From Candidatus Multivoradales bacterium (lineage in GTDB: Bacteria > Acidobacteriota > Thermoanaerobaculia > Multivoradales > J023), in NCBI GenBank assembly GCA_965248925.1, contig CBDFLE010000006.1:1280001-1344000 (forward strand): a stretch of DNA of 64,000 nt, read 5' to 3'. Numbering within the stretch: the first letter of the stretch is position 1; every line of letters starts with the position of its first letter. Of this stretch, positions 30,821 through 42,372 are shown piece by piece. Below the pieces are notes generated by a model. The model did no database searches and was not told the origin of the DNA. It saw only the letters and a list, made by a program, of their open reading frames with translations. The translations under genes and the position numbers were made by a program.

Positions 30821-31086
30821 ATGGCACAGACGAAAGCAGTGATGACAGCAGATGGCAGGAGGCCGATCAATGAGTTCCTGTCTTTGTTCCTGGACACCAA
30901 GCCTAGTGAGCGATCTAGCGTTTTCCTGTCGGTCCGCGAAGCGGCTGATCTGGCGGCAGTGAATCCGCGCACGATCCACCGCTGGGTGAGTCTGGTCAAG
31001 TCCGAGCTCTCCGCCTGGGCCGCCGGTTGTGGGTCCTGCGTGCCAGCTTTGTCGAGCTACTTGTTTCCGTCACCTGGGAAAGTTGA
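30821..31086 (+). pseudogene. Excisionase-like HTH protein, frameshifted
   Basis: LSVREAADLAAVNPRTIHRWV, then a 1-nt shift near 30988 restores ESGQVRALRLGRRLWV...TGA 31084-31086. Confidence 0.7.
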
Positions 31087-31269
31087 CTTTGCAGTTGTCT
31101 CCGGACAGGCAGAAGGCGCGTTGGCGACGTTCGCGGCTGCTGCGACAATTGCGACATTCGCGGTTGAGAACCCAGTTGGACACATAGAAACTCAGCGGCG
31201 CAAGGCTTTAGTTTGATTATTAGTACTGCATTCCCTGGGCGTTCTGCGCGCAGGCCGGGAGGTGAGGAC

Positions 31270-34200
31270 GTGAGGTTCAACGGGACCTGGTTGGCTGCTC
31301 TTTTTGTGATGCTTTCAACGCCGATGGCTCTGGCACAGACCATCGACGGTACTGTCTTTCGGGACTATGACGCCGACGGCGTGAACGACATTTCGGAGCC
31401 GGGTGTAGGCGGCATCACGGTCGACGTGTTTGATGGTACTGGCGCCAGCGCCGGGTCCGCAACGACTCTCCCCAACGGAACATATTCGGCGGCATTGACC
31501 GTCGGTGCGGGCACGGATATCCGCGTCGAGTTCTCAAGCCTGCCTGCTTTCCTGCAGCCGGGGCCCTTCGGATCTGCTTCGGGAACTACGGTTATTTTTG
31601 CCCAAAGTGGCGACTCTGGCATCGACGTGGGTCTCAATAACCCTGGAGAACATTGCGAGTCTTCAACGGTGGATGTAGCTACGCCCTGTTTTCTGTACGG
31701 CGACCAGTTAACAGGACCCTTTGCGGCAGGCGACGCTTTGGTCGCTCTCGCTGAGACAGCAAGCGGCAATTCGCCGCCCAAGACCCTGCAGCTCCCTGCT
31801 CAGGATATCGGTGCTGTCTGGGGCTTGGCGTATCGGCGCCAAACCAACGTGTTGTACAGCGGCGCGTTCATCAAACGCCATGTCGGACTGGGCCCGATTG
31901 AGAATCCAACGACGATCTATGTGACTGACCTGGACACCAATGTCACCAGCGAATGGCTGACTTTGGATGCAGCACGATCAGATCCTCATCCCAACGCGAC
32001 GGCCGATTTTCTACGTGATTTCGGGACATTTGACGATGTGCTCAAAGACGGCCTGGGCGACGTCGATATTTCCGAGGATGGCAACACGCTCTATGCTGTG
32101 GACCTGGGCACACGCGAGCTCGTCATAATTCCCATCAATGCGGACGGTAGCCCAGGTACTCCGACGATGGTAGACATCGTCTCTGCTATCTCCACAGCCG
32201 ATGTCCAGGCGCAATGCACTGACGATACGAGCGCGTTTGTTGCTGAAGATCTGCGCCCGTTCGGTCTCGGCATCAATGACGGTCAACTCTACCTCGGAGT
32301 GGTGTGTTCAGCCCAATCAACTGTCGACGAGGCCACGGAACTGCCGATCGAGGGTCCTTTGACCGACAACATCGTGATCACCAGGCCAGGTGACCAAGCC
32401 AAACTGCGTGGGTATGTCTTCTTATGGGACGGCGGGAGCAGCTTCTCCGAGGTCTTGGACTTTCCTCTGGTTTATGAGCGGGGCTGCAGCAATAACAATA
32501 ATAACGGTCTTTGCTTGAACTCCTTTGATGCCCGCTGGAACGCCTGGATTGATACCTACCCCTTCTACGCCAATCAGAGTCAAGGATTAGCTCACTCGGG
32601 TCACTACTCGATGCCGGCTATCTCAGACATCGAATTCGACAGCGGCGACATGATACTTGGCCTAGTGGATCGTTTCGGCCATCAGGCCGGGCCCGCTACA
32701 GTGACACCAGTTCATCCGCTAAATGCACTCGGCGGTGAAGGGACACTCGGCCCGATGAACACCGGTGGTGATTTGCTTCGCGCTTGCGCCGACGGCGCCG
32801 GTGGCTGGGGAATGGAGGAACTGATCGATCCGGCCAACACTGGCTGCGGTACAGCGGGAACATCGTCCAATAGGGGTGGTGGTTTGAGCATCGATGAATA
32901 CTACTATCAGGATAGTATTTCGATTCATAGCGAACAGGGAGTAGGTGGCTTACTGCAGATCCCCGGTCGTGCTGAAGTGGTGACGAGTAGCATCAATCCG
33001 ACGAATACGTTCAATTCCGGCGGTCTCGTCTGGCACACTAATGCGGACGGGAGCAAGGACAAAGGAGCCCGGCTTTATTTGGTGAATGGTGGTACGCCGG
33101 CTCTAGGTCCCTTCGGAAAGGCCAACGGCTTCGGCGATGTTGCAGCTTTTTGTGCCGCTGCGCCGATCGAGATCGGCAACCGGGCCTGGTGTGATGGCAA
33201 TATCAACGGCATCCAGGATCCCGGAGAGGCCAATGTCAACGACGGCGTACAGTTCCGCCTGATCTGCGACGTCGACAATAACGGCATCGGCACGGGTACT
33301 GATTTGACTGCGAATACCACGATGAGTGGTGGTCAGTACCTGTTCAATGACGCCAATGTCACCGGTGGAGTTCCCACGGGAACGCTCTGTCGGGTCGAGG
33401 TCACCTTGGCCGATCTCGCCGCTTCTTGCGGAGGAGTGTTGGCGGTCGCACCGCCGAATGCTGACCCGGCTGCGAATGGGGATCTGCATGACTCAGATGG
33501 AATCAACAACAGCGGCAATGTTGAAGTGGATTTCACTACTGGCGGTTCCGGAGCCAACAATCACACCTACGATTTAGGGTTTGTCAACGTTTTACCAACC
33601 GACGATTTTGGTGACGCGCCGGATCCAACGTACCCCACGTTGGCAGCGAGCAGCGGGGCGTCGCATACGGTTGTTGTCGGGACGTTCCTCGGCAGCACGG
33701 TCGATGAGGAGCCCGATGGGCAACCTTCCGCAGCCGCTACGGGCGACGGGAGCGATGAGGACGGTGTGACCTTTGACAACATGGTTGTCGCGTGTGGGAC
33801 GAGCAACGTGACGGTTACCGCCTCGGTGGCAGGTGCGCTGGACGCCTGGATCGACTTCAACGACAACGGAAGCTGGTCCGACGCCGGAGAGCAGATCTTT
33901 ACGAGCCAAGCTCTGTCCGCCGGAGCCAATGCCGGTTTGGTGTTCACCGTCCCCTGCGGCGCCGTAAGCGCGAATACTTTCGCTCGCTTCCGTTTCTCTA
34001 CAGCCGGTGGACTGTCTTTCGACGGCGGACCGGCGGCTGATGGCGAGGTGGAAGACTACCTGGTCACGACCAAGGGTCTCGACCTGGGTGATGCCCCAGA
34101 CTCCTATGGGACCTTGATCGGGAGTACCGGCGCCAGGCATGTCGTCGATCCCGGTACACCGCTGTATCTCGGCGCCTGTGTCGATACCGAGCTCGATGGC

Positions 34201-37200
34201 CAACCGGCTACCTCTGGCAACCCAGCCAACGGTGACGACATCGGAGCGGGTCTGAGTGACGTTGGCGGATGCGCTGGGCCGGATGACGAAGACGGCGCGA
34301 CATTCGACACCATGATCGTCGCTTGCTCGACCACCAACCAGGTCACGGTGACCTCGGTCGGCGCGGGAGCACTGCTCGATGCCTGGATTGACTTCGATGG
34401 CGACGGCGACTTTGCCGATGGCGGCGAGCAAGTCTTTACCAGTCAGGCCCTGACCGGTAGCGACGCGCTGATGTTCGCCGCTCCCTGCAGCACCGAATCG
34501 GGCCTGACATACGCACGATTCCGGGTCAGCTCAACCGGCGGCCTGAGCTCGAGCGGGGCGGCGATGAGCGGTGAAGTCGAGGACTACCAGGTGACCACCA
34601 AGGGCATCGACCTCGGCGACGCGCCGGACAGCTACGGCACCATGAACCCGGCTACCGCCGCGGTCCATCCGGTCAACCCGAGCACCCCGCTTTATCTGGG
34701 CGCTTGCGTCGATACGGAAGCGGCTGGCCAACCCAACGCCACAGCGACGGGTGACGACTCGGGAGTCGGTCTTTCGACCGTCGGAGCTTGCACCACCGCC
34801 AACGACGACGAAGATGGCGTCACCTTCGACACCATGATCGTCGCCTGCTCGACCACTAACCAGGTCACCGTGACCTCGGTCGGCACGGGTCTGCTCGACG
34901 GCTGGATCGACTTCAACGACGACGGCGACTTCGCCGACGCTGGCGAGCAGATCTTCACCAGTCAGGGCCTGACCGGTAGCGATGTGCTGGCATTTACCGC
35001 GCCGTGTACCGCCGAGTCGGCCACCACCTATGCCCGCTTCCGAGTCAGCTCGACCGGCGGCTTGGGGTCGGCAGGCGCGGCGATGGACGGTGAGGTCGAG
35101 GACTACGAGGTCACCACCAAGGGCCTCGATTTCGGCGATGCGCCGGACACCTACACCACCACGGCGAGCCCGAGTCACGTGGTCGATCCAGGAACGCCAC
35201 TCCATTTGGGCGTTTGCGTTGACACCGAGCTGCTGGGCCAGCCGGGGGCTGGCGCTGATCTTGACGACACCACCGCGGGATTATCGGTTGTTGGAACTTG
35301 TGCCGCTAACGACGACGAGGACGGTGTCACCTTCGACACCATGATCGTCGCCTGCTCGACCACAAACATGGTCACTGTGACCTCGGTGGGCAGCGGCGCG
35401 TTGCTCGATGGCTGGATCGACTTCGACGGTGACGGAACTTTCTCCGGCGCTGGCGAGCAGATCTTCACCAGTCAGGCACTAACCGGTAGCGACACCCTGA
35501 GCTACATGGCACCGTGTGATGCGGAGTCGGGCGATACCTTTGCCCGCTTCCGCGTCTCCACTGCGGGCGGCCAGTCGTTCGACGGTGCGGCGATGGACGG
35601 TGAGGTCGAGGACTACCCGGTCACCACCAAGGGCCTCGACTACGGCGACGCCCCGGATACCTACGGCACCTCTGCCGGTGCTGGCGGTCCGAGCCACGCG
35701 GTCGATCCAAATACACCGCTCTTCCTGGGCGCCTGTGTCGATACCGAAGTCGACGGTCAACCGGTGATGGCCGGCAATCCAGCTGATGGCGACGACCTGG
35801 GGGCTGCCCTTTCGACCCTGGGCACCTGCGCCGGGGCGGACGACGAAGATGGCGTCACCTTCGACACCATGATCGCCGCTTGTGGTACTGCCGATGTGAC
35901 GGTGATGGCCTCCCAGGCCGGCATGCTCGACGCTTGGATCGACTTCAACGGTGACGGCGATTTCGCCGACACCGGCGAGCAGATCTTCGTCGCCCAACCG
36001 CTCGCCGCAGGAACGAGCAGCGAGGCCTTCGCTGTGCCTTGCGATACGGCCATCAATGCCGTGACCTACGCCCGCTTTCGCGTCTCGACAGTCGGCGGCC
36101 TCGGTGCCACCGGCGGGCCGGCGCTCAACGGTGAAGTCGAGGACTACGCGGTGGCCACTAAGGGAGTCGACTTCGGCGACGCGCCAGATTCCTACAGCAC
36201 CTCGCAGTCGACCAGCGGACCGAGCCACGTGGTGGATCTGGGCTCACCGCTCTTCCTGGGTGCTTGTGTCGATACCGAAGCCGACGGCCAACCGGTGATG
36301 GCCGGCAATCCAGCTGATGGCGACGACCTCGGGGTCGGCTCGTCAGTGCTCGGTACCTGTACCGGCAATGACGACGAGGATGGCGTCATATTCGACGAGA
36401 TGGTGATCGCCTGCGGGACCTCCAATCTCACCGTGACGGCTTCCCAGACTGGTTTGCTCGATGCTTGGATCGACTTCAACGGTGACGGCGACTTTGCCGA
36501 TCCGGGCGAGCAGATCTTGGCCAGCCAGGCGGTCACGGCGGGAGCCAACGCGGTGCCCTACGCGGTGTCATGTACCACCGCCACCACCGCAGTAAGCTAC
36601 GCGCGATTCCGCCTCTCCACCGCGGGCGGACTGCTCCCCGGTGGACCAGCGATGGACGGTGAAGTCGAGGACTACGAACTCGCCACCAAGGGCCTCGACT
36701 TGGGTGACGCGCCGGAAGCCGATGGCTATCCGACGCTGATCGTCTCCGACGGTGCCCGACACGTCGTGCAGCCGATCGCCAACCCGAGCCTCGCTGGTGG
36801 TCCCGACACCGAGCCGGACGGTCAACCCACTGCCAGCCACCTGGGCGACGACCAGAACGGTTCGCCCGACGATGAAGACGGCGTGTCTTTTGCCGGCGTC
36901 TTCGTGCCGGGCGGCGGTCCGATCGACGTCACGCTCACAGCAGGTGCCACCGGCGGCTTGGTCAATGCCTGGATCGACTGGAACCAGGACGGCGATTGGG
37001 ACGATCCGGGCGAGCAGATCGCTACCGACTTGCCAGTGGCGGCCGGCGCCAGCGAGGTGGTGATGGTGGCGGCTCCAGCCGGCATCGCTGACGGTATGAG
37101 CTGTTCCCGCTTCCGCATCGACTCGGCTGGCGGCTTACTGCCCACCGGTCTGGCGATGGACGGTGAGATCGAGGACTATCCGGTGGCGATCGGCGTCGAA

Positions 37201-37797
37201 GACCCGGTGATCGGGATCAGCAAGGAGCTGATCTCCGTGCAGGATCTCGGCGCTGGCGAGCATGCTGCGCTGTTCGAGATCACCGTCGTCAATCTGGGCA
37301 ACGTCAAACTGTCGAACGTGCAGGTGACGGTCGATCTGGCCACCGCCTTCGCCGATGCCGAGGGCTTCGCGCTCGACTTCGCCAGCAGCTCGGACCTGAC
37401 CATCAGTGGCAGTTTCGATGGTGACGGCGACCCGCTGGTGCTCGAGAGTACCGACATGCTCGACATCGGTGAGACCGGCACCATCCTGCTGCAGGTCTTG
37501 GTGATGCCGGGTAGCAACGCGGGGCCGTACGTTTGCTCCAGCCTGGCCGACGGCACCAGCCCTGCTGGCACCGGCGTGACGGATGTCTCCCAGGACGGTG
37601 GTGACGCCGACCCGGATAACGACGGAGATCCGAGCAACAACGACGATCCCACCGAGATCATCTTCCAGATCTCGATCATCGAGATCCCCACCCTAGGCTC
37701 GATCGGTTTCGCTGCACTCGCCGCCATGCTGGCTTTGCTAGCAATGGCTCGCCTGCGGCGCTTGGCCTGGCAAACTAAGGATGGGAGTCGCATTTAG
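31270..37797 (+). CDS. Large surface protein: SdrD-B-like domains, 7 GEVED repeats, IPTL-CTERM anchor
   Basis: GTG 31270 with RBS and signal peptide; GTVFRDYDADG and IGNRAWCD.N.NGIQD; 7x WID(F/W)...ARFR/SRFR...GE(V/I)EDY; C-terminal IPTL + TM + RLRR. Confidence 0.93.
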   Translation: MRFNGTWLAALFVMLSTPMALAQTIDGTVFRDYDADGVNDISEPGVGGITVDVFDGTGASAGSATTLPNGTYSAALTVGAGTDIRVEFSSLPAFLQPGPFGSASGTTVIFAQSGDSGIDVGLNNPGEHCESSTVDVATPCFLYGDQLTGPFAAGDALVALAETASGNSPPKTLQLPAQDIGAVWGLAYRRQTNVLYSGAFIKRHVGLGPIENPTTIYVTDLDTNVTSEWLTLDAARSDPHPNATADFLRDFGTFDDVLKDGLGDVDISEDGNTLYAVDLGTRELVIIPINADGSPGTPTMVDIVSAISTADVQAQCTDDTSAFVAEDLRPFGLGINDGQLYLGVVCSAQSTVDEATELPIEGPLTDNIVITRPGDQAKLRGYVFLWDGGSSFSEVLDFPLVYERGCSNNNNNGLCLNSFDARWNAWIDTYPFYANQSQGLAHSGHYSMPAISDIEFDSGDMILGLVDRFGHQAGPATVTPVHPLNALGGEGTLGPMNTGGDLLRACADGAGGWGMEELIDPANTGCGTAGTSSNRGGGLSIDEYYYQDSISIHSEQGVGGLLQIPGRAEVVTSSINPTNTFNSGGLVWHTNADGSKDKGARLYLVNGGTPALGPFGKANGFGDVAAFCAAAPIEIGNRAWCDGNINGIQDPGEANVNDGVQFRLICDVDNNGIGTGTDLTANTTMSGGQYLFNDANVTGGVPTGTLCRVEVTLADLAASCGGVLAVAPPNADPAANGDLHDSDGINNSGNVEVDFTTGGSGANNHTYDLGFVNVLPTDDFGDAPDPTYPTLAASSGASHTVVVGTFLGSTVDEEPDGQPSAAATGDGSDEDGVTFDNMVVACGTSNVTVTASVAGALDAWIDFNDNGSWSDAGEQIFTSQALSAGANAGLVFTVPCGAVSANTFARFRFSTAGGLSFDGGPAADGEVEDYLVTTKGLDLGDAPDSYGTLIGSTGARHVVDPGTPLYLGACVDTELDGQPATSGNPANGDDIGAGLSDVGGCAGPDDEDGATFDTMIVACSTTNQVTVTSVGAGALLDAWIDFDGDGDFADGGEQVFTSQALTGSDALMFAAPCSTESGLTYARFRVSSTGGLSSSGAAMSGEVEDYQVTTKGIDLGDAPDSYGTMNPATAAVHPVNPSTPLYLGACVDTEAAGQPNATATGDDSGVGLSTVGACTTANDDEDGVTFDTMIVACSTTNQVTVTSVGTGLLDGWIDFNDDGDFADAGEQIFTSQGLTGSDVLAFTAPCTAESATTYARFRVSSTGGLGSAGAAMDGEVEDYEVTTKGLDFGDAPDTYTTTASPSHVVDPGTPLHLGVCVDTELLGQPGAGADLDDTTAGLSVVGTCAANDDEDGVTFDTMIVACSTTNMVTVTSVGSGALLDGWIDFDGDGTFSGAGEQIFTSQALTGSDTLSYMAPCDAESGDTFARFRVSTAGGQSFDGAAMDGEVEDYPVTTKGLDYGDAPDTYGTSAGAGGPSHAVDPNTPLFLGACVDTEVDGQPVMAGNPADGDDLGAALSTLGTCAGADDEDGVTFDTMIAACGTADVTVMASQAGMLDAWIDFNGDGDFADTGEQIFVAQPLAAGTSSEAFAVPCDTAINAVTYARFRVSTVGGLGATGGPALNGEVEDYAVATKGVDFGDAPDSYSTSQSTSGPSHVVDLGSPLFLGACVDTEADGQPVMAGNPADGDDLGVGSSVLGTCTGNDDEDGVIFDEMVIACGTSNLTVTASQTGLLDAWIDFNGDGDFADPGEQILASQAVTAGANAVPYAVSCTTATTAVSYARFRLSTAGGLLPGGPAMDGEVEDYELATKGLDLGDAPEADGYPTLIVSDGARHVVQPIANPSLAGGPDTEPDGQPTASHLGDDQNGSPDDEDGVSFAGVFVPGGGPIDVTLTAGATGGLVNAWIDWNQDGDWDDPGEQIATDLPVAAGASEVVMVAAPAGIADGMSCSRFRIDSAGGLLPTGLAMDGEIEDYPVAIGVEDPVIGISKELISVQDLGAGEHAALFEITVVNLGNVKLSNVQVTVDLATAFADAEGFALDFASSSDLTISGSFDGDGDPLVLESTDMLDIGETGTILLQVLVMPGSNAGPYVCSSLADGTSPAGTGVTDVSQDGGDADPDNDGDPSNNDDPTEIIFQISIIEIPTLGSIGFAALAAMLALLAMARLRRLAWQTKDGSRI

Positions 37798-38154
37798 TCA
37801 AGGGTCTAGCGGCGCTACCAAGCTGGTAGCAGAACAGCCCTTGGGTGCCTTTCGACCTTGACGCCAAGACCTGTTTTTCGCGGTTTCCGCTGTCCGCTCC
37901 CGGGCTGCACTGCAGCCAGGGAAACACTAGGGAACGCCATGAGATTCAGCGTCCGAGCTGGTCTGTCTCAGTGAGGCCGGTGCGTTTGAACTACGCAGTT
38001 GATAGCTGCGATTGGCTGCCTTCCCGAAGAGTCCGGGAAGGCGTCGAACTCCGCAGCGAAAAGGCTCGAGCGAGACGGTTGCTGAAGAGTGTTGCTCAGG
38101 CCTTGGAAGAACACCTCGGAAGGGTGGCCGAGAAGCTGGCTGCTGCTGGCCTTC

Positions 38155-39046
38155 TCAGCTTCCCAACACATTCTGTAGCTGCGCCCCAATCCGCTCTGCC
38201 GCCTCGTGCATCGGGGCCGCCGCCAGATGAGCATACCGGGCAGTGGTACGCGGCTGGGTGTGCCCGAGCAGCTTGCCGATGATCGGGAGCGAGACGCCCA
38301 TCCCTACCCCAATGCTGGCGAAGGTGTGGCGCAGGTCGTGCAACCGCACATCTTCCAGCTCAGACACAGCCCGAATCCGCCGCCAGGGGCCTTTGAGGTC
38401 GGAGAGATGGGAATCGGGAATGCGGCCCTCGATGACCCGGGGTTTCCCTGCGTCCGCGGCAGGTTGGCGATGATCTCTTGTGCTGGCGAGGCCAAGAAGA
38501 CGACCTTAGCGCCCGTCTTGGAGTCCGGCAAATGCAGCTGTCCGCGCTCGAAGTCGACGTGCTCCCAGCGCAGGTGCAAGATCTCGCGGAGCCGACAGCC
38601 GGTCAGCATCAAGAGCCGGATGGCCGCGAGGGCATGGACGCTTTCACGTCCGGAGTCCTCTGCCGCAGTCAGGGCTTTGCTCAAGCGGGAAAGTTCGTCC
38701 GGACTCAGGTAGCGCTCACGCGGCTGCTCTTTGAACTTCTCGACATGGCGGCAGGGATTGGAACCGTCCGGCCGCAGCTCCCATTTCTCGGCCAGATTCA
38801 GCATCTTCGACACCAACGCCAGGACGCGGTTGGCCAGGTAGGGCTTCGCATACTCACCGAGCCAAGCACCTGCTGCGCTTTGGCTCGGGCCTGTGGCAGG
38901 GTCAGAACGCCGTAGGTGCCCAGGGTCATCTGGCGGTGGCGTGAACCGGCCCGGTAGAGGAGGATAAAGCTCTTTTTGCCGCCAGGGGTAGTCCGCAGGC
39001 CCAGACCACGCACAGCGTCGTCCCAAAGGACGCAGCGACTCCACTT
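38155..39046 (-). pseudogene. Tyrosine integrase (P4-like, arm-binding domain), fragmented
   Basis: Three frames: WDDAVRGLGLR...TLGTYG (arm), TGCRLREI...DSKTG, and HDLRHTFAS...LLGH...TARYAH; internal deletion; 5' end cut by IS701. Confidence 0.9.
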
Positions 39047-39050
39047 AGTT

Positions 39051-40591
39051 CTACTTTGTCAGATTACTTAAATTGGTGACGACAAAGGCTTTAACCTGTA
39101 TTGGCGGCCCCGATGAAGGCCGTCACTAAACCCATGGAGGAACTCAGGGCTCAGCTTGAGCCCCCAGTTCCCTAGTCGTTCGGAGATCAGCGATGCCCCA
39201 GTTTCCTACCAAAATCTGGGGCGCGAGTTGTGGGATTTTGCCCAGGGCTTTGCCCTTTGTTTCTCTCGCTTTACACGCAGTGTGCTGCCGCAGGCGGGGC
39301 AGTATCTTTGCGGCCTAATGCAGGCGCGACGCGCTACCATGCTGCAAATGGCTGAAGTTGTCCCCGATTCCGATTCCCAAGCTTTGCATCACTTCCTGTC
39401 GGTGTCGGACTGGGAGAGTCAAAAGGTTATGGACCAGGTTGCTGCGGGAGTCGATGCCGAGCTGGGCGGCACCCTGGATTCGGCACCCTGGATTCGTGCC
39501 TGGTTATCGACGAGTCGAGTTTCCCGAAGAAGGGGAAGAAATCTGTCGGGGTGGCCCGGCAATGGTGCGGAACTCGGGGCAAGACCGACAGCTGTCAGGT
39601 GGGCGTTTTCGCCAGCCTCGGTCACGGCAATCGCGCGTCCTTGATCGATGCCCGGTTGTACCTGCCCCGCGAGTGGACCAACTCGCCGAAGCGCTGCCGT
39701 CAAGCGGGTGTTCCGGAATCGGCACGAACGTTTCAAACCAAGCCGGAATTGGCTCTTGAGATGGTCCACAGAGCGCGGGCTCAGGGCCTTCGCTTTCGTT
39801 GGGTTGCCGCTGATGGTGGTTATGGGAACAACCCAGCATTTCTTCAGGGCCTGGACGATGCGGGCGAAGTCTTCGTCATCGATATCCATCGCGATCAACG
39901 CATCTACGCCGAAGACCCGAAGCCGGAGATTCCGACTTCGCCGTCGGGACGTTCTCGCCGACGAGTTACCCAGATGAAACCTATGCGAGTGGATGCTTGG
40001 TTGCCACAGCGGCCGGAGTCGGCTTGGAAGCGGCAGTGGATTCGTCATACGACGAAAGGCGAGTTGCACCTGGATGTGATGCGAGGCATGGTCTGGCTGT
40101 GGGATGGCCGAGAAGCCTCGGCCCGCTGCTGGCACCTGTTGGTGACCCGCGATCCCAGCGATCCTGCGAGCCTGAAATACAGCCTGAGTAATGCACCCGC
40201 TGAAACCCCGGCAGGCCGGCTCGCCCAGATCCAGCGTCAGCGCTACTGGATCGAGCGCACTTTTCAAGACGCCAAGAGAGAGGCCGGAATGGCCGAGTAC
40301 CAGGCCCGCAGTTGGAAGGCTTGGCATCACCACATGGCGCTGGTCATGATGGCCCTGCTCTTTCTCCTTCAACAACGCCAGAAACATCAATCGACCCACC
40401 CTTTGCTCAGCTGTACTGACCTCAAGATCTTGTTGGCCAAGGTCCTACCAAGACGGGATGTTGGCCTTGATGAAGTGCTACATCTCATGGAACAACGACA
40501 TCAGCGACGACAGGCTGCTACTAGGTCCGCTTACCAGAAAGGACAGGCGCGAGACGGGACATTTCCCGGCTCTGGGAATCTGACAAAGTAG
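39051..40591 (+). mobile_element. IS701-family insertion sequence, full length
   Basis: Perfect 15-bp terminal IRs CTACTTTGTCAGATT (39051) and AATCTGACAAAGTAG (40577-40591). Confidence 0.93.
39156..40591 (+). pseudogene. IS701 DDE transposase, frameshifted by a 14-bp tandem duplication
   Basis: GGCACCCTGGATTC x2 at 39468-39495; removing one copy gives LVIDESSFPKKGKKSVGVARQWCG, continuing to ADGGYG...RYWIERTFQDAK. Confidence 0.9.
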
Positions 40592-40729
40592 AGCTGGGCA
40601 AGGCGATCAACCGTTCGCGTCAGCAGGCAATCACCGGCAGATTCCCCTCCCTGCCACTCTTTACGCCTACAGCTGAGCCGCCTACACTGAGGCCTCACCC
40701 GCCAACCCGGAATCCCGAGGAACTTGCCG

Positions 40730-42361
40730 ATGCGTGGACAGATGATGGACCGACCGCTGTTGATCTCGTCGCTGATCGAGCACGCGGCGCTCTACCACCG
40801 CGAGATCGAGGTGGTGTCGCGGACTGTCGAGGGGCCGATCCACCGCTACACCTATCTGCAGGTACAAAAGCGCTCGAAGCAGCTGGCCAACGCCCTGGCC
40901 GGCCTCGGTATCGAACTCGGCGATCGGGTGGCAACGGTGGCCTGGAACGGCTTTCGCCACGTCGAACTCTATTTCGCCATCTCCGGCATGGGCGCGGTCT
41001 GCCACACCATCAACCCGCGGCTGCACCCCGACCAGCTGACGTACATCGTCAACCATGCCGAAGACAAAGTCATTTTCCTCGACCTGACTTTCGTCCCGCT
41101 ACTCGAAGCGGTGGCCGCTCAACTACCCACCGTAACCACCTACGTGGTGATGACCGATCGGCAGCACATGCCCGACACCTCACTGCCGGGTGCGCTGTGC
41201 TACGAAGATCTGCTGTCCGCCGCCAGCACCGATTTCGACTGGCCGCAATTCGACGAGAGCACCGCTTCCAGCTTGTGCTACACCTCCGGCACCACCGGCA
41301 ATCCCAAGGGAGTGCTCTACAGCCACCGCTCGACCGTGCTGCATTCGCTGGCGGCCTGCCAAGTAGACACCCTGGGCATCTCCTCGCAGGATGTCATCCT
41401 GCCCGTAGTACCGATGTTTCACGTCAATGCCTGGGGACTGCCCTACGCCTGTGCGATGTGCGGCGCCAAGATGGTGATGCCCGGCGCCCTGCTCGACGGC
41501 GCCAGCGTCTGGGAGTTACTCGACAGTGAACAAGTGACGATGACCGCCGGAGTGCCGACAGTGTGGCTGATGCTGCTCAACTACATGCGGGAGAATGACC
41601 TCGGCCTCAAAACCGTCGCTCGGGTGGTGATCGGTGGCTCGGCAGCTTCGCAATCGATGATCGAGGCTTTCCAGGACGAGTTCGGCACCCAGGTCATTCA
41701 CGCCTGGGGAATGACCGAGACCAGTCCACTGGGCACCATCGGCACTCTAAAAAGCAAGCACCGCCATTTGAGTGCTCAGGAACGGCTAGCCCTCCAGCTC
41801 AAGCAAGGTCGCGGGCTTTATGGCGTGGAGATGCGGATCGTCGATGAGGATGGCAACGAGCAACCGCGCGATGGCCAAGCCTTCGGCGAACTACAAGTAC
41901 GCGGGCCTTGGGTAGTGGGCGAATATTTTCGCCATCAGGGGAGTCCCACCCTAACCGCGGACGGCTGGTTCGCCACCGGCGATGTCTCGACCCTCGATGC
42001 GGATGGTTTCATGCAGATCACCGACCGCGCCAAGGATGTCATCAAGTCAGGGGGAGAGTGGATCTCTTCGATCGATCTGGAGAACGAGGCCGCCGCCCAT
42101 CCGAAGGTCGCCGAGGCGGCGGTCATCGGCGTTCCTCACCCCAAGTGGTCGGAACGTCCGATCCTGGTAGTGGTGCCAGTCAAGGGCGATCCACCGAGCA
42201 AGGAAGAACTGCTCGCCTTCCTCGACGGGCGGGTCGCCAAATGGTGGCTGCCGGACGACATGGTGCTGGTCGACGAACTCCCCCACACCGCCACCGGCAA
42301 GGTCTCGAAACGAACCCTGCGCCGCCAGCTGGCCGACTATCGCTTGCCCGACGCTGACTGA
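40730..42361 (+). CDS. Medium/long-chain acyl-CoA ligase (AlkK/DmdB-like)
   Basis: [46 protein letters not shown]. Confidence 0.93.
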   Translation: MRGQMMDRPLLISSLIEHAALYHREIEVVSRTVEGPIHRYTYLQVQKRSKQLANALAGLGIELGDRVATVAWNGFRHVELYFAISGMGAVCHTINPRLHPDQLTYIVNHAEDKVIFLDLTFVPLLEAVAAQLPTVTTYVVMTDRQHMPDTSLPGALCYEDLLSAASTDFDWPQFDESTASSLCYTSGTTGNPKGVLYSHRSTVLHSLAACQVDTLGISSQDVILPVVPMFHVNAWGLPYACAMCGAKMVMPGALLDGASVWELLDSEQVTMTAGVPTVWLMLLNYMRENDLGLKTVARVVIGGSAASQSMIEAFQDEFGTQVIHAWGMTETSPLGTIGTLKSKHRHLSAQERLALQLKQGRGLYGVEMRIVDEDGNEQPRDGQAFGELQVRGPWVVGEYFRHQGSPTLTADGWFATGDVSTLDADGFMQITDRAKDVIKSGGEWISSIDLENEAAAHPKVAEAAVIGVPHPKWSERPILVVVPVKGDPPSKEELLAFLDGRVAKWWLPDDMVLVDELPHTATGKVSKRTLRRQLADYRLPDAD

Positions 42362-42372
42362 GGGCAACTGCG

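Noticed and set aside
33600-37180. Long repeats as a possible CRISPR or DGR array
   Set aside because: They are ~500-bp in-frame GEVED protein repeats with no spacers, cas or reverse transcriptase genes
37798-38154. tRNA or att site next to the integrase
   Set aside because: No cloverleaf, or direct repeat shared with the other end of the element, could be seen
37845-38282. 145-aa ORF between the GEVED gene and the integrase
   Set aside because: No motif, overlaps the integrase 3' end, weak start
28950-39050. Rejoining the two AGTT ends to rebuild the relaxase or integrase start
   Set aside because: The join puts a TAG in the integrase frame and gives no convincing relaxase N-terminus, so a clean circular precursor is not demonstrated
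39419-40399. 326-aa minus-strand ORF inside IS701
   Set aside because: Antisense shadow of the transposase
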